60,943 nt of DNA from a virus: positions 1 through 60,943 of the IMG/VR virus record IMGVR_UViG_3300045988_155865; one strand, given 5' to 3'. A model generated the notes under the pieces. That model saw only the letters and a list, made by a program, of their open reading frames with translations, made no database searches and was not told the DNA's origin. Each line of letters begins with the position of its first letter. Positions within the stretch are counted from its first letter, which is position 1. Positions 1-9,511 of the stretch are shown here, one piece after another. The translations under genes and the position numbers were made by a program.

Positions 1-230
<230 letters not shown>

Positions 231-295
231 TGCAATTATCTAGCCTACTGGAAGAGAATAGCGTATTTTAAAGAAGGGTTTTTTTAAAATATGAA

Positions 296-560
296 TATTA
301 TACGTAATACATTATCCTTTGTTGTCCAAAGGCACTCTAAAATGCGGTTTCGGGAAGCCCTATGATAGTCTCGCTACTGGAGAATTGGACTGAATAATAC
401 GATCGGCAACTTTGGTTTTCGGGAGCGGAGAGAGCGCTAGAGAAGGCCAGAATGTCGCAAAATTTTGCCCTATGAGGTATGCGGTCGGGAAAACGGGCGC
501 TGGCTATGGTCAGCGACCCGATGAAATTAGCTTGGGTTAGCGGTCACTAACTCAAAATAA
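296..560. other. GC-rich island with repeated CGGGAA/AAACGGG motifs; possible structured RNA or foreign DNA at the contig edge
   Basis: Local GC is far above the surrounding ~30%. No ORF of 60 aa or more. Recurring gcggtttcgggaagccc, ggttttcgggagcgg and gcggtcgggaaaacgggcgc motifs. No tRNA cloverleaf could be folded. Confidence 0.3.
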
Positions 561-592
561 AAAAATAAGGTACTCGCCGGCTTGAGTACCTT
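552..592 (-). terminator. Rho-independent terminator (leftward transcript)
   Basis: Hairpin aaggtactc-gccggct-tgagtacctt preceded on plus by an A-run, which is a U-run after the hairpin on the minus strand. Confidence 0.6.
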
Positions 593-966
593 ATTAGTTA
601 AGACCGCACTTGCAACTGCGGAATACACTTATTCTTAGTCAAATAGAATATTTTTTAAAACCTTTCTATTAGTATATCCATTTTAATAAAGAAAATATGC
701 AAAAAGAATTTTTTTATAAGGTTTAGATAGTTTTATTTTAGAAACTTATCTATAAAACTAACCTCATTTCTACACTACTTTTTATTTTTTGAGGTATAGG
801 ATCAAAAAGTTAAAGTTTTTTATTGAGTAATCAGTTTTGCCCTGTAAGTAGCGCTTATTCTATTAGGGCAACAAGTATTAAACCTAACATAAAACACCTA
901 TTTTGATTTATTCCTACGGTGGAATTCCAAACTGAAACATTTTTATCAACTCCTTTTTACATACTT

Positions 967-995
967 ATTATATCACATTTCTAAGTATTTGTCAA
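967..995 (-). promoter_or_regulatory. Consensus sigma-A promoter (minus strand TTGACA-17-TGATATAAT) driving a largely non-coding transcript toward the terminator at 552-592
   Basis: Reverse complement reads agtattgacaaatacttagaaatgtgatataat. Only an 11-codon ORF (MFQFGIPP-TAG-E) follows the RBS. Confidence 0.5.
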
Positions 996-1017
996 TACTT
1001 TTTTTTAAAAAATTTTT

Positions 1018-1659
1018 TTAGTCATAAAACCCTGCATAGTCTATTAAAACAGGTTTATTATTTCTAAAACCATAATTATCTCTATGTAAATCATTTACTT
1101 TTTGTTTTCTTGTCCATCTACAAAATCTTTTTAAAAATTTTTTGCCATATAATTGCATAACTCTTGATAAAAAATAAATAGAAACTTGAGAATCATACAA
1201 GTGTCTTTTCGCATGGCAAAGAATATTATAACTCTTTGAGTCTTCTGGATAAATCCTTCTTGTATCATCATTTAATTTTTGCAAAAGATTACGATCAGCA
1301 CCCCTCCATGAATAACTATATTTTGGTTGTTTGTAAATAGGATATTTTGACTTGCCTAAAACAGCAATTTTTTCTATTGGCAATAAAATTTGTTCAATGC
1401 CCATTTTACAAGCTTGATGATAATTAGCTAACTCTATGGCGCAATAATCTGTATCAGTACTCTCAAAACGAGGCATTTTTAAAACATAATCATATTTTTT
1501 AAATAAAATACACCACCTTGTTGCACCATAATTAATTAATATTTCCTCATGATAATTTCCGCAGAGGGTATCTAAAAATTCTCCTGATAAACAGTCATAA
1601 CCGCCTTCATCAAGATACGTTTCAATATCAGTTAAAATTTGAGCAATTATTTTTTCCAT
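1018..1659 (-). CDS. Hypothetical early protein (213 aa)
   Basis: Complete ORF with TAA stop. Upstream consensus promoter at 1694-1721 and GGGGAAAT-type RBS. Confidence 0.6.
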   Translation of the reverse strand: MEKIIAQILTDIETYLDEGGYDCLSGEFLDTLCGNYHEEILINYGATRWCILFKKYDYVLKMPRFESTDTDYCAIELANYHQACKMGIEQILLPIEKIAVLGKSKYPIYKQPKYSYSWRGADRNLLQKLNDDTRRIYPEDSKSYNILCHAKRHLYDSQVSIYFLSRVMQLYGKKFLKRFCRWTRKQKVNDLHRDNYGFRNNKPVLIDYAGFYD

Positions 1660-1693
1660 TTTTATTTCCCCTTTCCCTTAACTTCTATAACTA

Positions 1694-1721
1694 TTATAGC
1701 ATAATTCGGGATATTTGTAAA
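1694..1721 (-). promoter_or_regulatory. Early promoter, minus strand (TTTACA-17-TGCTATAAT)
   Basis: Reverse complement tttacaaatatcccgaattatgctataat. This is a member of the repeated promoter family. Confidence 0.6.
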
Positions 1722-1868
1722 TAGTCAAATTGCACAAAAAATCGTTGAGATTTTTATTGAAAATGCGAATTGACAGAAATTCCGAGCGTGCGGATGGTGC
1801 ACGCTCGGCTCAAGGTTTTAGTATCTCTAACTAAAAGGGACACTAAAATAAATTTAGTGTCCCTTTCT

Positions 1869-2108
1869 TTATTTCAATTTTATTTTTCCACTTAAATTTT
1901 TATAAATGGGGTGATAACCGCCTTCAAGCTCAGGTGTAACAATGAGAATACAGTGTCTTGTACAAAACTCTTCTAAATCTTCAAGTTTTTTATTTGCAAT
2001 TTTAAGCACTTGTTTTCTCGACACTCTTGCTCGTTCAGCTTTAATCGCTTCAATGGCAATATTTAATTCTGCTTCTGATACATCTTTTAAAATTCCTATT
2101 GAGTTCAT
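1869..2108 (-). CDS. Hypothetical small protein (79 aa)
   Basis: ORF with TAA stop, sitting 14 nt upstream of the next gene as an operon pair. Confidence 0.5.
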   Translation of the reverse strand: MNSIGILKDVSEAELNIAIEAIKAERARVSRKQVLKIANKKLEDLEEFCTRHCILIVTPELEGGYHPIYKNLSGKIKLK

Positions 2109-2122
2109 AAAAACATCTCCTT

Positions 2123-2461
2123 TTATAAAATTATTTCATATTCACGTTTGATTTTAACTACTATTTTCTTAGGTTTTTGCTTACAACAAAATCTGTCATT
2201 CCGTACATACACACCAATTTGCTCTTGTCTAAATTTTTCTTTGTTTTTATCCTCGTATCTAAAAGTATTATACTTAGATAAAGGTAAAGACCAATCATAT
2301 TCAAATTCACTGTCCTGTGGCATTGTATATTGCTTAGCTCTGCGATAATTTATTGTATGTTGTGATTTTCTGCGTTTTAAATCGCTTGTAGTACCAATTT
2401 TTAAAATATAGTTACCTTTTGTATCAGTGTAATGTCCGATGTATAAAAATTCTTTTCCCAT
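2123..2461 (-). CDS. GIY-YIG domain protein (112 aa)
   Basis: N-terminus FLYIGHYTDTKGNYILKIGTTSDLKRRKSQH matches the GIY...YIG...R...H nuclease motif. Confidence 0.6.
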   Translation of the reverse strand: MGKEFLYIGHYTDTKGNYILKIGTTSDLKRRKSQHTINYRRAKQYTMPQDSEFEYDWSLPLSKYNTFRYEDKNKEKFRQEQIGVYVRNDRFCCKQKPKKIVVKIKREYEIIL

Positions 2462-2511
2462 ATAAATTCCTCACTTTTTGAGGAATTTTGGGCGATTTCT
2501 CGCCCTTTTCC

Positions 2512-2901
2512 TCATTTTTTTGGTTTTCTTTTCTGCACAAGAGTTAATTCAAATAAATTTTCGCCTATTTTAAAAGCAATTTGACGCTCTTTATTCGTAA
2601 TTTCGCAATTTTCTATGGCATTTTTACTATTTTTTTGCAAAAAATTAGCAATTTCTGCAATTAAATTTGCTTTTATTGGATTTTCTTTGCGTTCTCTTGT
2701 TACTTTTTTACCATAAGCATTGACCGCACGAACACCGCCTTTTGCCTTTTTTATTGCCTTTTTTTGTTCCTCTGTTAAATCATTATTGACTTGTCGCATA
2801 CCCATTTTATCGACTTGCTCATCTTCTTTTATTAATTCGATAGCTTCATCTCTTGTCAAGTCAAGCGTTTTCATCAATTCGGATATTTTATTTTCATTCA
2901 T
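2512..2901 (-). CDS. Hypothetical protein, paralog A1 of duplicated cassette (129 aa)
   Basis: About 45% identical to the 4192-4572 product (MxExxIxELMxTLDLTRxEAIELxxEDExVDKM...AIKKAKGG). TGA stop. Confidence 0.6.
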   Translation of the reverse strand: MNENKISELMKTLDLTRDEAIELIKEDEQVDKMGMRQVNNDLTEEQKKAIKKAKGGVRAVNAYGKKVTRERKENPIKANLIAEIANFLQKNSKNAIENCEITNKERQIAFKIGENLFELTLVQKRKPKK

Positions 2902-2961
2902 AATATCACCTCTGTTGAATTAATGATTGAGGAGGAGGGGAGATTATTCCCTCCTCCCATA

Positions 2962-3352
2962 TCAGGCAAGTTGGAAGTATGTTACTCTCTTGTCAACAAT
3001 TCTTTTAACCTCACCTGTTCCATCTTCTTCCTTCATTGAGCGAAGAATAGCCGATACTCGTTGATTTGAGAGTGGACTGATATGAACAATCGGCTCTGCG
3101 ATTTTCGCAAGTTGAGTTGCGGTGTAGAGTTTGTTCGGATTAGCCTTCATTTCCTCAAGAATAACTGTTTTAATCTCTCTATTTTTAACTTGATTAGCCG
3201 TAGGTTTATGATTTCCACCATTCTTGCGTTCAAGCAGTTCAATTTCGTGGGTAATGAACTTAACAAAATCTTCCCTATCCGAAACTTTTCCGTCATATGC
3301 AAGCATAGCTTTGAACATATCCTTTTTTGTTACCTTCTTGTTTGTCTTTGTC
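2962..3352 (-). CDS. Hypothetical protein, paralog B1 (about 130 aa, possible winged-helix)
   Basis: Paralog of 4604-4990 (shared FIxHEIELLERKNGGNxKPTA...TATQ...DGTGEVxR...KRVTYF). Start chosen at the ATG with GAAGGAG RBS. TGA stop. Confidence 0.6.
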
Positions 3353-3402
3353 ATATAAAACAACTCCTTCAAAAAATTTTTTTGTTTTGTAATCTCTCTT
3401 GA

Positions 3403-3441
3403 TTACATATTCATTATACCATACTTTGAACAGTTTGTCAA
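3403..3441 (-). promoter_or_regulatory. Early promoter, minus strand (TTGACA-17-TGGTATAAT)
   Basis: Reverse complement ggcttgacaaactgttcaaagtatggtataat. Confidence 0.65.
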
Positions 3442-3597
3442 GCCTTTTTTAAAACTTTTTTTATTTTTTTATTATCTTGCGTCTGTTCTCTATCTCTTTG
3501 GTACATTTATATTATAGCAAATTCTTAATCATTTGTCTATTGGCATTTTGCACAAATTTCGGGACAATATTTTTTTAATCTTTGGACAACTTTTCTC

Positions 3598-3626
3598 TTG
3601 ACAAAAAGTGTGAAGTGTGATATAAT
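3598..3626 (+). promoter_or_regulatory. Perfect consensus promoter on plus strand (TTGACA-17-TATAAT), convergent with the early genes
   Basis: cttgacaaaaagtgtgaagtgtgatataat. The predicted start falls at the conserved GAAATTCCGG hairpin element. Confidence 0.55.
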
Positions 3627-3632
3627 AGAAAT

Positions 3633-3684
3633 TCCGGTTTTTGCGCGTGAAAACCGGCGGGCAAGATTTAAAATCAAGCCCGCC
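3633..3684 (+). ncRNA. Candidate small RNA: GAAATTCCGG element plus two GC hairpins
   Basis: ccggtttt-tgcgcgtg-aaaaccgg and ggcgggc-N15-gcccgcc hairpins immediately downstream of the promoter at 3598-3626. The same element family recurs 8 or more times. Confidence 0.3.
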
Positions 3685-3691
3685 GCACTCT

Positions 3692-3928
3692 TTAATCGCT
3701 AAAATGATATTCCATTATATCATTTAACTCCTCAATGTATCCTTCAATGATTTCTTCTGAGGTGGCCAAACGCACATTTTTATATTCTTCTTTGTTTCTT
3801 AGAATTTTAAGGTCTGTTTTTAGCATGCCCATAAATTCTGTTAAACTGTCCTTAATATCATTTTTAACATTTTTTATAAGTTGATTAGTGTCTTGAGCCT
3901 CATTAAGATTTGCATTATAATCTTTCAT
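3692..3928 (-). CDS. Hypothetical protein (about 78 aa)
   Basis: ORF with TAA stop. Start set at MKDYNANL with AAAGGAG RBS. Confidence 0.5.
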   Translation of the reverse strand: MKDYNANLNEAQDTNQLIKNVKNDIKDSLTEFMGMLKTDLKILRNKEEYKNVRLATSEEIIEGYIEELNDIMEYHFSD

Positions 3929-4191
3929 TTTAATTACTCCTTTTCTTTTTTCTGTAATTACATTATAGCACATTATAGGAAAAATATCAATATACAAATT
4001 GCACAAAAATTACAACAAAAATTTATATAACCTGTCTATTGGTAAAATTCCGGGCGCTACGTATGTGCGCGCCCGGCTGACCGCATTTTCCTTTGCTAAT
4101 TAAAAATACAAAATGAGGGACACTAAAAATGCTTTAGTGTCCCTCATAATAGTCTTACCCATTGGAAACTTTTAACGTCCCCTTTTGGTGC

Positions 4192-4572
4192 TTATTTACG
4201 CGGTGCAGATAATACAATACGAAATCGTCTGCCATTCATATTGAAATCAATTTGCCTTTCAGGGTTTGTAATTTCAATATTCTCACAAGCAGGATCATCT
4301 CCACGGTGTAAAGTACTATATAACAAATTGATTAAGGTTCTTTTATCTTCATCTACCTTCCGCTCAACAACTCTCTTTTTTCCGAATGCGTCAACCGCCT
4401 TAGCTCCACCTTTAGCTTTCTTTATTGCTTGTTTCTGCTCTGCGGTCAAGTCGCTTTCAGTTTCTTTTACTGTCATTTTATCAACTTTCTCATCCTCTTG
4501 GACTAATTCAATAGCTTCTTCCCTTGTAAGGTCTAATGTTTGCATTAATTCAGTAATTCTTTTTTCGTCCAT
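4192..4572 (-). CDS. Hypothetical protein, paralog A2 (126 aa)
   Basis: Paralog of 2512-2901. TAA stop. Confidence 0.6.
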   Translation of the reverse strand: MDEKRITELMQTLDLTREEAIELVQEDEKVDKMTVKETESDLTAEQKQAIKKAKGGAKAVDAFGKKRVVERKVDEDKRTLINLLYSTLHRGDDPACENIEITNPERQIDFNMNGRRFRIVLSAPRK

Positions 4573-4603
4573 TACTCAACCTCCTTGCGGAAGAGTTGAG
4601 GGA

Positions 4604-4990
4604 TTAACCCTCAACTTCAACTCCCACTTTTTTGAAATACGTTACACGCTTTTCAGTGTATCTCTCAACTTCACCTGTTCCGTCTTTGCCCAAACCACGC
4701 AATAGAGCTGAAATACGTTGAGGTGTAAGTACGATTTCAGGAAAATCAGGTTCAATAGCCTTCATAATTTGAGTTGCAGTCATAGGCTTAACAAGAGCTT
4801 TAAGAATTTTTTCTTTAATCTTCTCATTTGCCATCTGTTGAGCGGTCGGTTTACGATTACCGCCATTCTTACGCTCAAGCAACTCAATCTCATGTTCAAT
4901 GAACTTCACTAAGTCAGCACGCTCTTTTACGCAATCCATAGCAAGCAACACCTGAAACATTTCCTTCTTTGTCATTTTCTTTTCTGTCAT
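4604..4990 (-). CDS. Hypothetical protein, paralog B2 (about 128 aa)
   Basis: Paralog of 2962-3352. AAAGGAG RBS and TAA stop. Confidence 0.6.
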   Translation of the reverse strand: MTEKKMTKKEMFQVLLAMDCVKERADLVKFIEHEIELLERKNGGNRKPTAQQMANEKIKEKILKALVKPMTATQIMKAIEPDFPEIVLTPQRISALLRGLGKDGTGEVERYTEKRVTYFKKVGVEVEG

Positions 4991-5108
4991 ATTGACCAAC
5001 TCCTTTAAAAAATTTTTTATTTATTTGTAAAAGGGTTTTGGTTGATAACCCCTCAACCCTTATTACTCTTATATTATATCATTCTTTTATTTATTTGTCA
5101 AGCCTTTT

Positions 5109-5576
5109 TTAAGAATTTTTAATTAAATCTTCAAGAAAATTTATTATATCTATCTCTGTTGGATTGACCGCAATTCTGCCCTTGTCATAATCATAAAAGC
5201 TCTCTCTTACATCAGCCGAATCGTCAAACAAGATTTGAATATCGCCTTCAGTGCATTTTTGTTTTGGTGTTCCATACTGAACGAGATGTATTTCCTCAAT
5301 CGGCAGCCCTGTTTTAGCAAGCCACTCTCTTTTTGCTTTGCGTACCGCATTTTTATAAGCCTGTGTGCTATTCATAGATAACCAACTTGTAATAGCAATC
5401 GTCCAACCTAACACCGCCAACTCATTTAATACAGTAGAGAGTTTATTCATATCGACCATAGGCTCTGCTATTTCATAAGGCATTGGATTTTCGGCTCTTA
5501 ACATTTCAAGCCAACCATCAACCCCATACAAATCTGCTATTGTACCGTCCATATCAAATATCAAAACTTTTCTCAT
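5109..5576 (-). CDS. HAD-superfamily 5'(3')-deoxyribonucleotidase-like phosphatase (155 aa)
   Basis: N-terminal LIFDMDGTIAD is HAD motif I (DxDGT). Size and fold are typical of NT5C-type nucleotidases. Confidence 0.65.
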   Translation of the reverse strand: MRKVLIFDMDGTIADLYGVDGWLEMLRAENPMPYEIAEPMVDMNKLSTVLNELAVLGWTIAITSWLSMNSTQAYKNAVRKAKREWLAKTGLPIEEIHLVQYGTPKQKCTEGDIQILFDDSADVRESFYDYDKGRIAVNPTEIDIINFLEDLIKNS

Positions 5577-5610
5577 TTTTAATTACCCCTTTTCTTTATT
5601 TTCTATAATA

Positions 5611-5638
5611 ATTATACCATAATTATTATTATTTGTCA
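5611..5638 (-). promoter_or_regulatory. Early promoter, minus strand (TTGACA-17-TGGTATAAT)
   Basis: Reverse complement cttgacaaataataataattatggtataat. Confidence 0.65.
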
Positions 5639-5648
5639 AGTATTTTTT

Positions 5649-6386
5649 TTAAATTTTTAAATTTTCTTTTAATTCCAAAAGACGCTTATTAATATATTCT
5701 TTATGGTGCTCTGTTGGAATGCGCCAACACGTTTTATTAATTGACTTATTAACTTTTTTGTGTTGAGCATAACACTTTGCCATTATCTGACATTCAATCA
5801 AGACATCCTGTAAGCCTTGATGTTCTTCTGTAAACTGTGTTTCATTTGTTAAGTAGCGGAAGCCGATTTCCGCAGACGTCCGCAGATTTCCAGAAGGTGA
5901 AAAATAATCATATTGAATAGCAAATTCCGCAAATCTTTTTTGTGTGTAGAGTAGTTGACAAGCCATATTCCAAATACAATTTATTTCCATCCCATAAGGA
6001 AAAAACCAACGATACTTTGACTTAGTAACATATCGCAAAGTAGTATTCAATGCGTTTATATCAAAGAATGCATTATAGGCGCAGATAGTCTTAATGTTAT
6101 ATTTTTCTATTGTATCTTTTATTATCCATCTTGCAAGTAATAAATCAACAACTTGCGATTGATGAGTTGATATTCTCTCAAGGTACTTTGGAATTTTTTT
6201 TGAATAATATGCGGTCTTCATAAGCTCTTTTTCAAAACAAAATATATCTCTTATAATAAGGCTTTTCTGTTCATATACATTTCCTTCCTTATCTACCACG
6301 GCATAACCTATATCATATACAAGTGGATACAAGGTATCATTCGCCGTTTCAACGTCAATAACTAAAAATTTCTTTTTTCTATTCAT
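5649..6386 (-). CDS. DEDDh-family 3'-5' exonuclease (DnaQ-like fold, 245 aa)
   Basis: LVIDVETAN (Exo I, DxE), AYNAFFDINAL (Exo II) and HQGLQDVLIECQI (Exo III, H-x4-D). Confidence 0.65.
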   Translation of the reverse strand: MNRKKKFLVIDVETANDTLYPLVYDIGYAVVDKEGNVYEQKSLIIRDIFCFEKELMKTAYYSKKIPKYLERISTHQSQVVDLLLARWIIKDTIEKYNIKTICAYNAFFDINALNTTLRYVTKSKYRWFFPYGMEINCIWNMACQLLYTQKRFAEFAIQYDYFSPSGNLRTSAEIGFRYLTNETQFTEEHQGLQDVLIECQIMAKCYAQHKKVNKSINKTCWRIPTEHHKEYINKRLLELKENLKI

Positions 6387-6525
6387 TTTTAAGCTCCTCT
6401 CCTTAACTTCTATAACTATTATAGCATACCTTTAATTATTTGTCAATGCTTTTTTAAAAAAATTTTTTCATCAAGTTGTACAAAATCGGGATTTCGCATA
6501 ATTAATATTTTGTTAAAATTGTCTA

Positions 6526-6554
6526 TTGACATTTTTTGTTGGATATGTTATAAT
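6526..6554 (+). promoter_or_regulatory. Perfect consensus promoter on plus strand (TTGACA-17-TATAAT)
   Basis: tattgacattttttgttggatatgttataat. Confidence 0.55.
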
Positions 6555-6560
6555 AGAAAT

Positions 6561-6650
6561 TCGGCGCGTGACACCCCATCACGCGCCGCTCAAGCTGACT
6601 AATTAATTTCAGCAAAAGGAAAGGAGGGGCAACTGCCCCTCGCTTATTTT
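6561..6650 (+). ncRNA. Candidate small RNA (about 90 nt): GAAATTCGGC hairpin plus intrinsic terminator
   Basis: cggcgcgtga-cacccca-tcacgcgccg, then gaggggcaactgcccctc and a U-run, all downstream of the promoter at 6526-6554. Confidence 0.4.
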
Positions 6651-6653
6651 AAC

Positions 6654-7727
6654 TTAGTTATTTGCAATTTCAAGTAGTCTTGCAATCTCTTTATCAATAA
6701 TTGAAAATAGTGTTGGTGATACATTTTTTACAGGTGTATTATTTATTTCTCTTGTTTCAACTGAACACTTAAACTCAATATTGTATCTACAAGTAATATA
6801 ACTCTTAGCTGGGTTTTTCTTTTTTCTTACAAAGTAAATAAGATTTTCCCCTTTTGCTATACTATCATGGTAAAAGCTACCTACGCAGTTATTTTGTTGT
6901 ATTCCCTCATCAGCAAAAGCTTCTAAAGTATGTGGTACAACAACCTGTAAATCATCAAGGTCAAGTTTTTCAAGGTCAAATATTTTTTCTTCTTGTATAA
7001 AAATAGATTTTTCCCTTTCACGGTCTTTTATTTTGTTTAGTTGTTTAACATTATAATCAAGTCCTCTATTATCATCATAATACAGTTCAAGTGTTGGACA
7101 AGCTCTTAAAAGATAACGCAAATCATAATAATCTCTTGGTATATTATAATTTTTTAAATCTACTTTTAAACTTTTTATCAATTTTTTTTGCATTAAAGTT
7201 GTTAATTCCCAAAAGTCCTCATGAAAACAGAAATAGTTGCAAAGAAGATGTATAAGTTTTTCATTTTCCTCTTTATTGCCAGATAAGGATAAGGCTGTCT
7301 TATACTCTTTATAAAATTGAAAAGTTTTATAAGAAATTTTATAGCCATTTTCTTTTAAATATTTAATATAACCCTTATCCATTTTTATATCATAAAGACT
7401 ATTGACATAATCACCTGCTTGCCGACCTGTCAAAGCCTCTGTATCAAGTAAATCAGTGTATGAAAACCATTGTTCTAATCTTGTTAAAAGTATTTTATCA
7501 CTCATCATATAACAAAGATCTTTTGCACCCATAATCAATCCATATGCAACCTCTTTATATAAATTTATATCTGCATTTTCGGCATATCTCAAAAAATTTT
7601 TTACAAGAATTTCTTTTCCACTTACGCCAATAGCTTTTTTTGCATTAAAATCATATATTGCAGTTTTATTGTTATCAAAACCGAATATCAATAAATTCTT
7701 TTCCTTACTAATACTTGTCAACATCAT
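6654..7727 (-). CDS. PcfJ-like domain protein (357 aa)
   Basis: C-terminal EGIQQNNCVGSFYHDSIAKGENLIYFVRKK resembles the PcfJ-like signature. The family assignment is from memory. Confidence 0.4.
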   Translation of the reverse strand: MMLTSISKEKNLLIFGFDNNKTAIYDFNAKKAIGVSGKEILVKNFLRYAENADINLYKEVAYGLIMGAKDLCYMMSDKILLTRLEQWFSYTDLLDTEALTGRQAGDYVNSLYDIKMDKGYIKYLKENGYKISYKTFQFYKEYKTALSLSGNKEENEKLIHLLCNYFCFHEDFWELTTLMQKKLIKSLKVDLKNYNIPRDYYDLRYLLRACPTLELYYDDNRGLDYNVKQLNKIKDREREKSIFIQEEKIFDLEKLDLDDLQVVVPHTLEAFADEGIQQNNCVGSFYHDSIAKGENLIYFVRKKKNPAKSYITCRYNIEFKCSVETREINNTPVKNVSPTLFSIIDKEIARLLEIANN

Positions 7728-8167
7728 TTTAATTACTTCCTTTCCTCTTCCTTTGATATATCTATTATATCATACTTTGTTTTGTTTGTCAAGAGATTTT
7801 TAAAACTTTTTTTATTTTTTATAACCTATCTCTTATCCCTCTCTCATTTTCTATAATTATTATAACGCAAATAGAGAAAAAAGTCAAGAGTTTTGGGAAA
7901 TATTTTTATTGTTATTTTGCACAAGTTTTCGCTTAGATTTTTATGTAGTTTGCCTATTGACGTAAATTCGGCTCGCAGCGCCCAAGTGCGAGCCGCTGAG
8001 ATTTTATCAATTAATAATTTCGTATAAAAAAATAAGGGTAAAACCCTTATTTTTAAAAAAGTGATACAATTCTTTCTGCTATTAATGCGAGCGTATCAAT
8101 CATCATAGGCATATTTAAAATTTTTACCATAGCCATTGCCATTTTCCGCATTTTAATCACTTCCTTT

Positions 8168-8353
8168 TTAATTAAATATTATTCTTAGTAAGAAGATAAT
8201 TCCATAAATTATTAAGACCAATTTCCAAGAGAATATTGCTATTGGAATGATTAACAATACCAACCAAACCACTAAAGCAATAATACCAAATATAATTGCT
8301 TCCACGAATAACATATCCAATATTACTTTTAAAAATACTAAAAATTCAAACAT
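8168..8353 (-). CDS. Small membrane protein (about 61 aa, two predicted TM helices)
   Basis: MFEFLVFLKVILDMLFVEAIIFGIIALVVWLVLLIIPIAIFSW. AGAGG RBS. Confidence 0.5.
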   Translation of the reverse strand: MFEFLVFLKVILDMLFVEAIIFGIIALVVWLVLLIIPIAIFSWKLVLIIYGIIFLLRIIFN

Positions 8354-8423
8354 TTTAATTACCTCTTTCTTAATTTCTATATTTATTATAGCATAATTAT
8401 TATCATTTGTCAAGTGTTTTTTA

Positions 8424-8573
8424 TTAAATTGCCCAATATTTTTTTATATTATATTTATAAGTATCATCATTTTTTTCTGCCATTTGATTAATCCACTCTT
8501 GTGCTTTTTTACAGGTGGTATAAACCCCTTTAATTTCATCAGTATATACATCTATTACTATAAATACATCCAT
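8424..8573 (-). CDS. Hypothetical small protein (about 49 aa)
   Basis: ORF with GAGGAAAG RBS and upstream promoter. Confidence 0.4.
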   Translation of the reverse strand: MDVFIVIDVYTDEIKGVYTTCKKAQEWINQMAEKNDDTYKYNIKKYWAI

Positions 8574-8613
8574 TGTTCTTTCCTCACTTTCTATAATTAT
8601 TATAACATAGTTG

Positions 8614-8892
8614 TTATGATTTGTCAAGACTTTTTTTACGATTTTTCATCATATTCTCAACAAAAGCCTTTTTCCTATCTTCTGCCCCATATGGTCGATA
8701 TTTATATGAGGTATAACCTTCCGCATATAAGTCGTCTGGTGTTTTATAACGTTGTTGAGCTATCTTTGTAATTGCCTTTTTAACATATGCGGCTTGATTG
8801 GCTTTAAAATCTGCCATATTAGCAACCTCTATAACAGTAGCTACTGGACGAAACTTTTTTCCCTCGTGAAACATTGTTACTTGAATTTTCAT
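8614..8892 (-). CDS. Hypothetical protein (about 92 aa)
   Basis: ORF with AAGGAGTGG RBS and TGA stop. Confidence 0.5.
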   Translation of the reverse strand: MKIQVTMFHEGKKFRPVATVIEVANMADFKANQAAYVKKAITKIAQQRYKTPDDLYAEGYTSYKYRPYGAEDRKKAFVENMMKNRKKSLDKS

Positions 8893-9035
8893 AAAGACCA
8901 CTCCTTAAACTCTATATTGACTATTTTATTTTTTTTAACATATTTCTTTTTATAAGGTGCGCAAGGGGTTTTGCTCTCCTCATAATACTCTGCCTTTATG
9001 TTACATATTTTTGTTTCCTTATACTCTGTTTTCAT
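8889..9035 (-). CDS. Hypothetical small protein (about 48 aa)
   Basis: AAGGAGGAA RBS. Start overlaps the stop of the downstream gene (ATGA). Confidence 0.4.
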   Translation of the reverse strand: MKTEYKETKICNIKAEYYEESKTPCAPYKKKYVKKNKIVNIEFKEWSL

Positions 9036-9332
9036 TTTTAATTCCTCCTTTACTGTACTTATAGTATACCATATTTCAGGAAAACTGTCTATTGGCATTT
9101 TGCACAAATTTTGCTTTCAATTTTTATGCAATCTGCTACTTGCCAAAAGTCCGGCGCTAGCGTTGGATTTACATTACCGCTAGCGCCGGACGAACGCAAA
9201 TTAGACATAGCTGCCTATGTCTAATCTACGAATTAAGAAAGATATATTATTATAAAGGAATGAATTACCATATATAACCTACCTTATAGGATAAGGAGGG
9301 CGGGGCAGACAGATTTTTCTGCCCCATTTGTT

Positions 9333-9431
9333 AGTTATTAGCTTTCTCAAGTTCTCTGCCAGCTTTTATTGCTTGCTTGCTTTCAAGTCCATATTTATTG
9401 CAAATTTTAATAAATTTTTCATATGTCATTT
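9333..9431 (-). CDS. Tiny ORF (32 aa) behind a consensus promoter
   Basis: Promoter ttgacaaataataaaagatatgttataat, then AAGGAAAGGAAG RBS. GC hairpin at the 3' end. Confidence 0.3.
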
Positions 9432-9511
9432 TTATTACTTCCTTTCCTTAACTTCTATATATATTATAACATATCTTTTATTATTTGTCAATAGTTTTTT
9501 AAAAAATATTT

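Noticed and set aside
296-560. A suppressor tRNA or known riboswitch in the GC-rich island
   Set aside because: No acceptor/T-arm cloverleaf could be folded. Partial resemblance to SAM-I (CCCGATGAAA) is not supported by the remaining consensus.
2148-4912. Plus-strand track ORFs in the early region (2148-2348, 2720-2923, 3082-3402, 4241-4705, 4718-4912, 8484-8771, 10181-10483 and similar)
   Set aside because: They are antisense overlaps of the well-supported leftward genes. They lack RBSs and have low-complexity composition.
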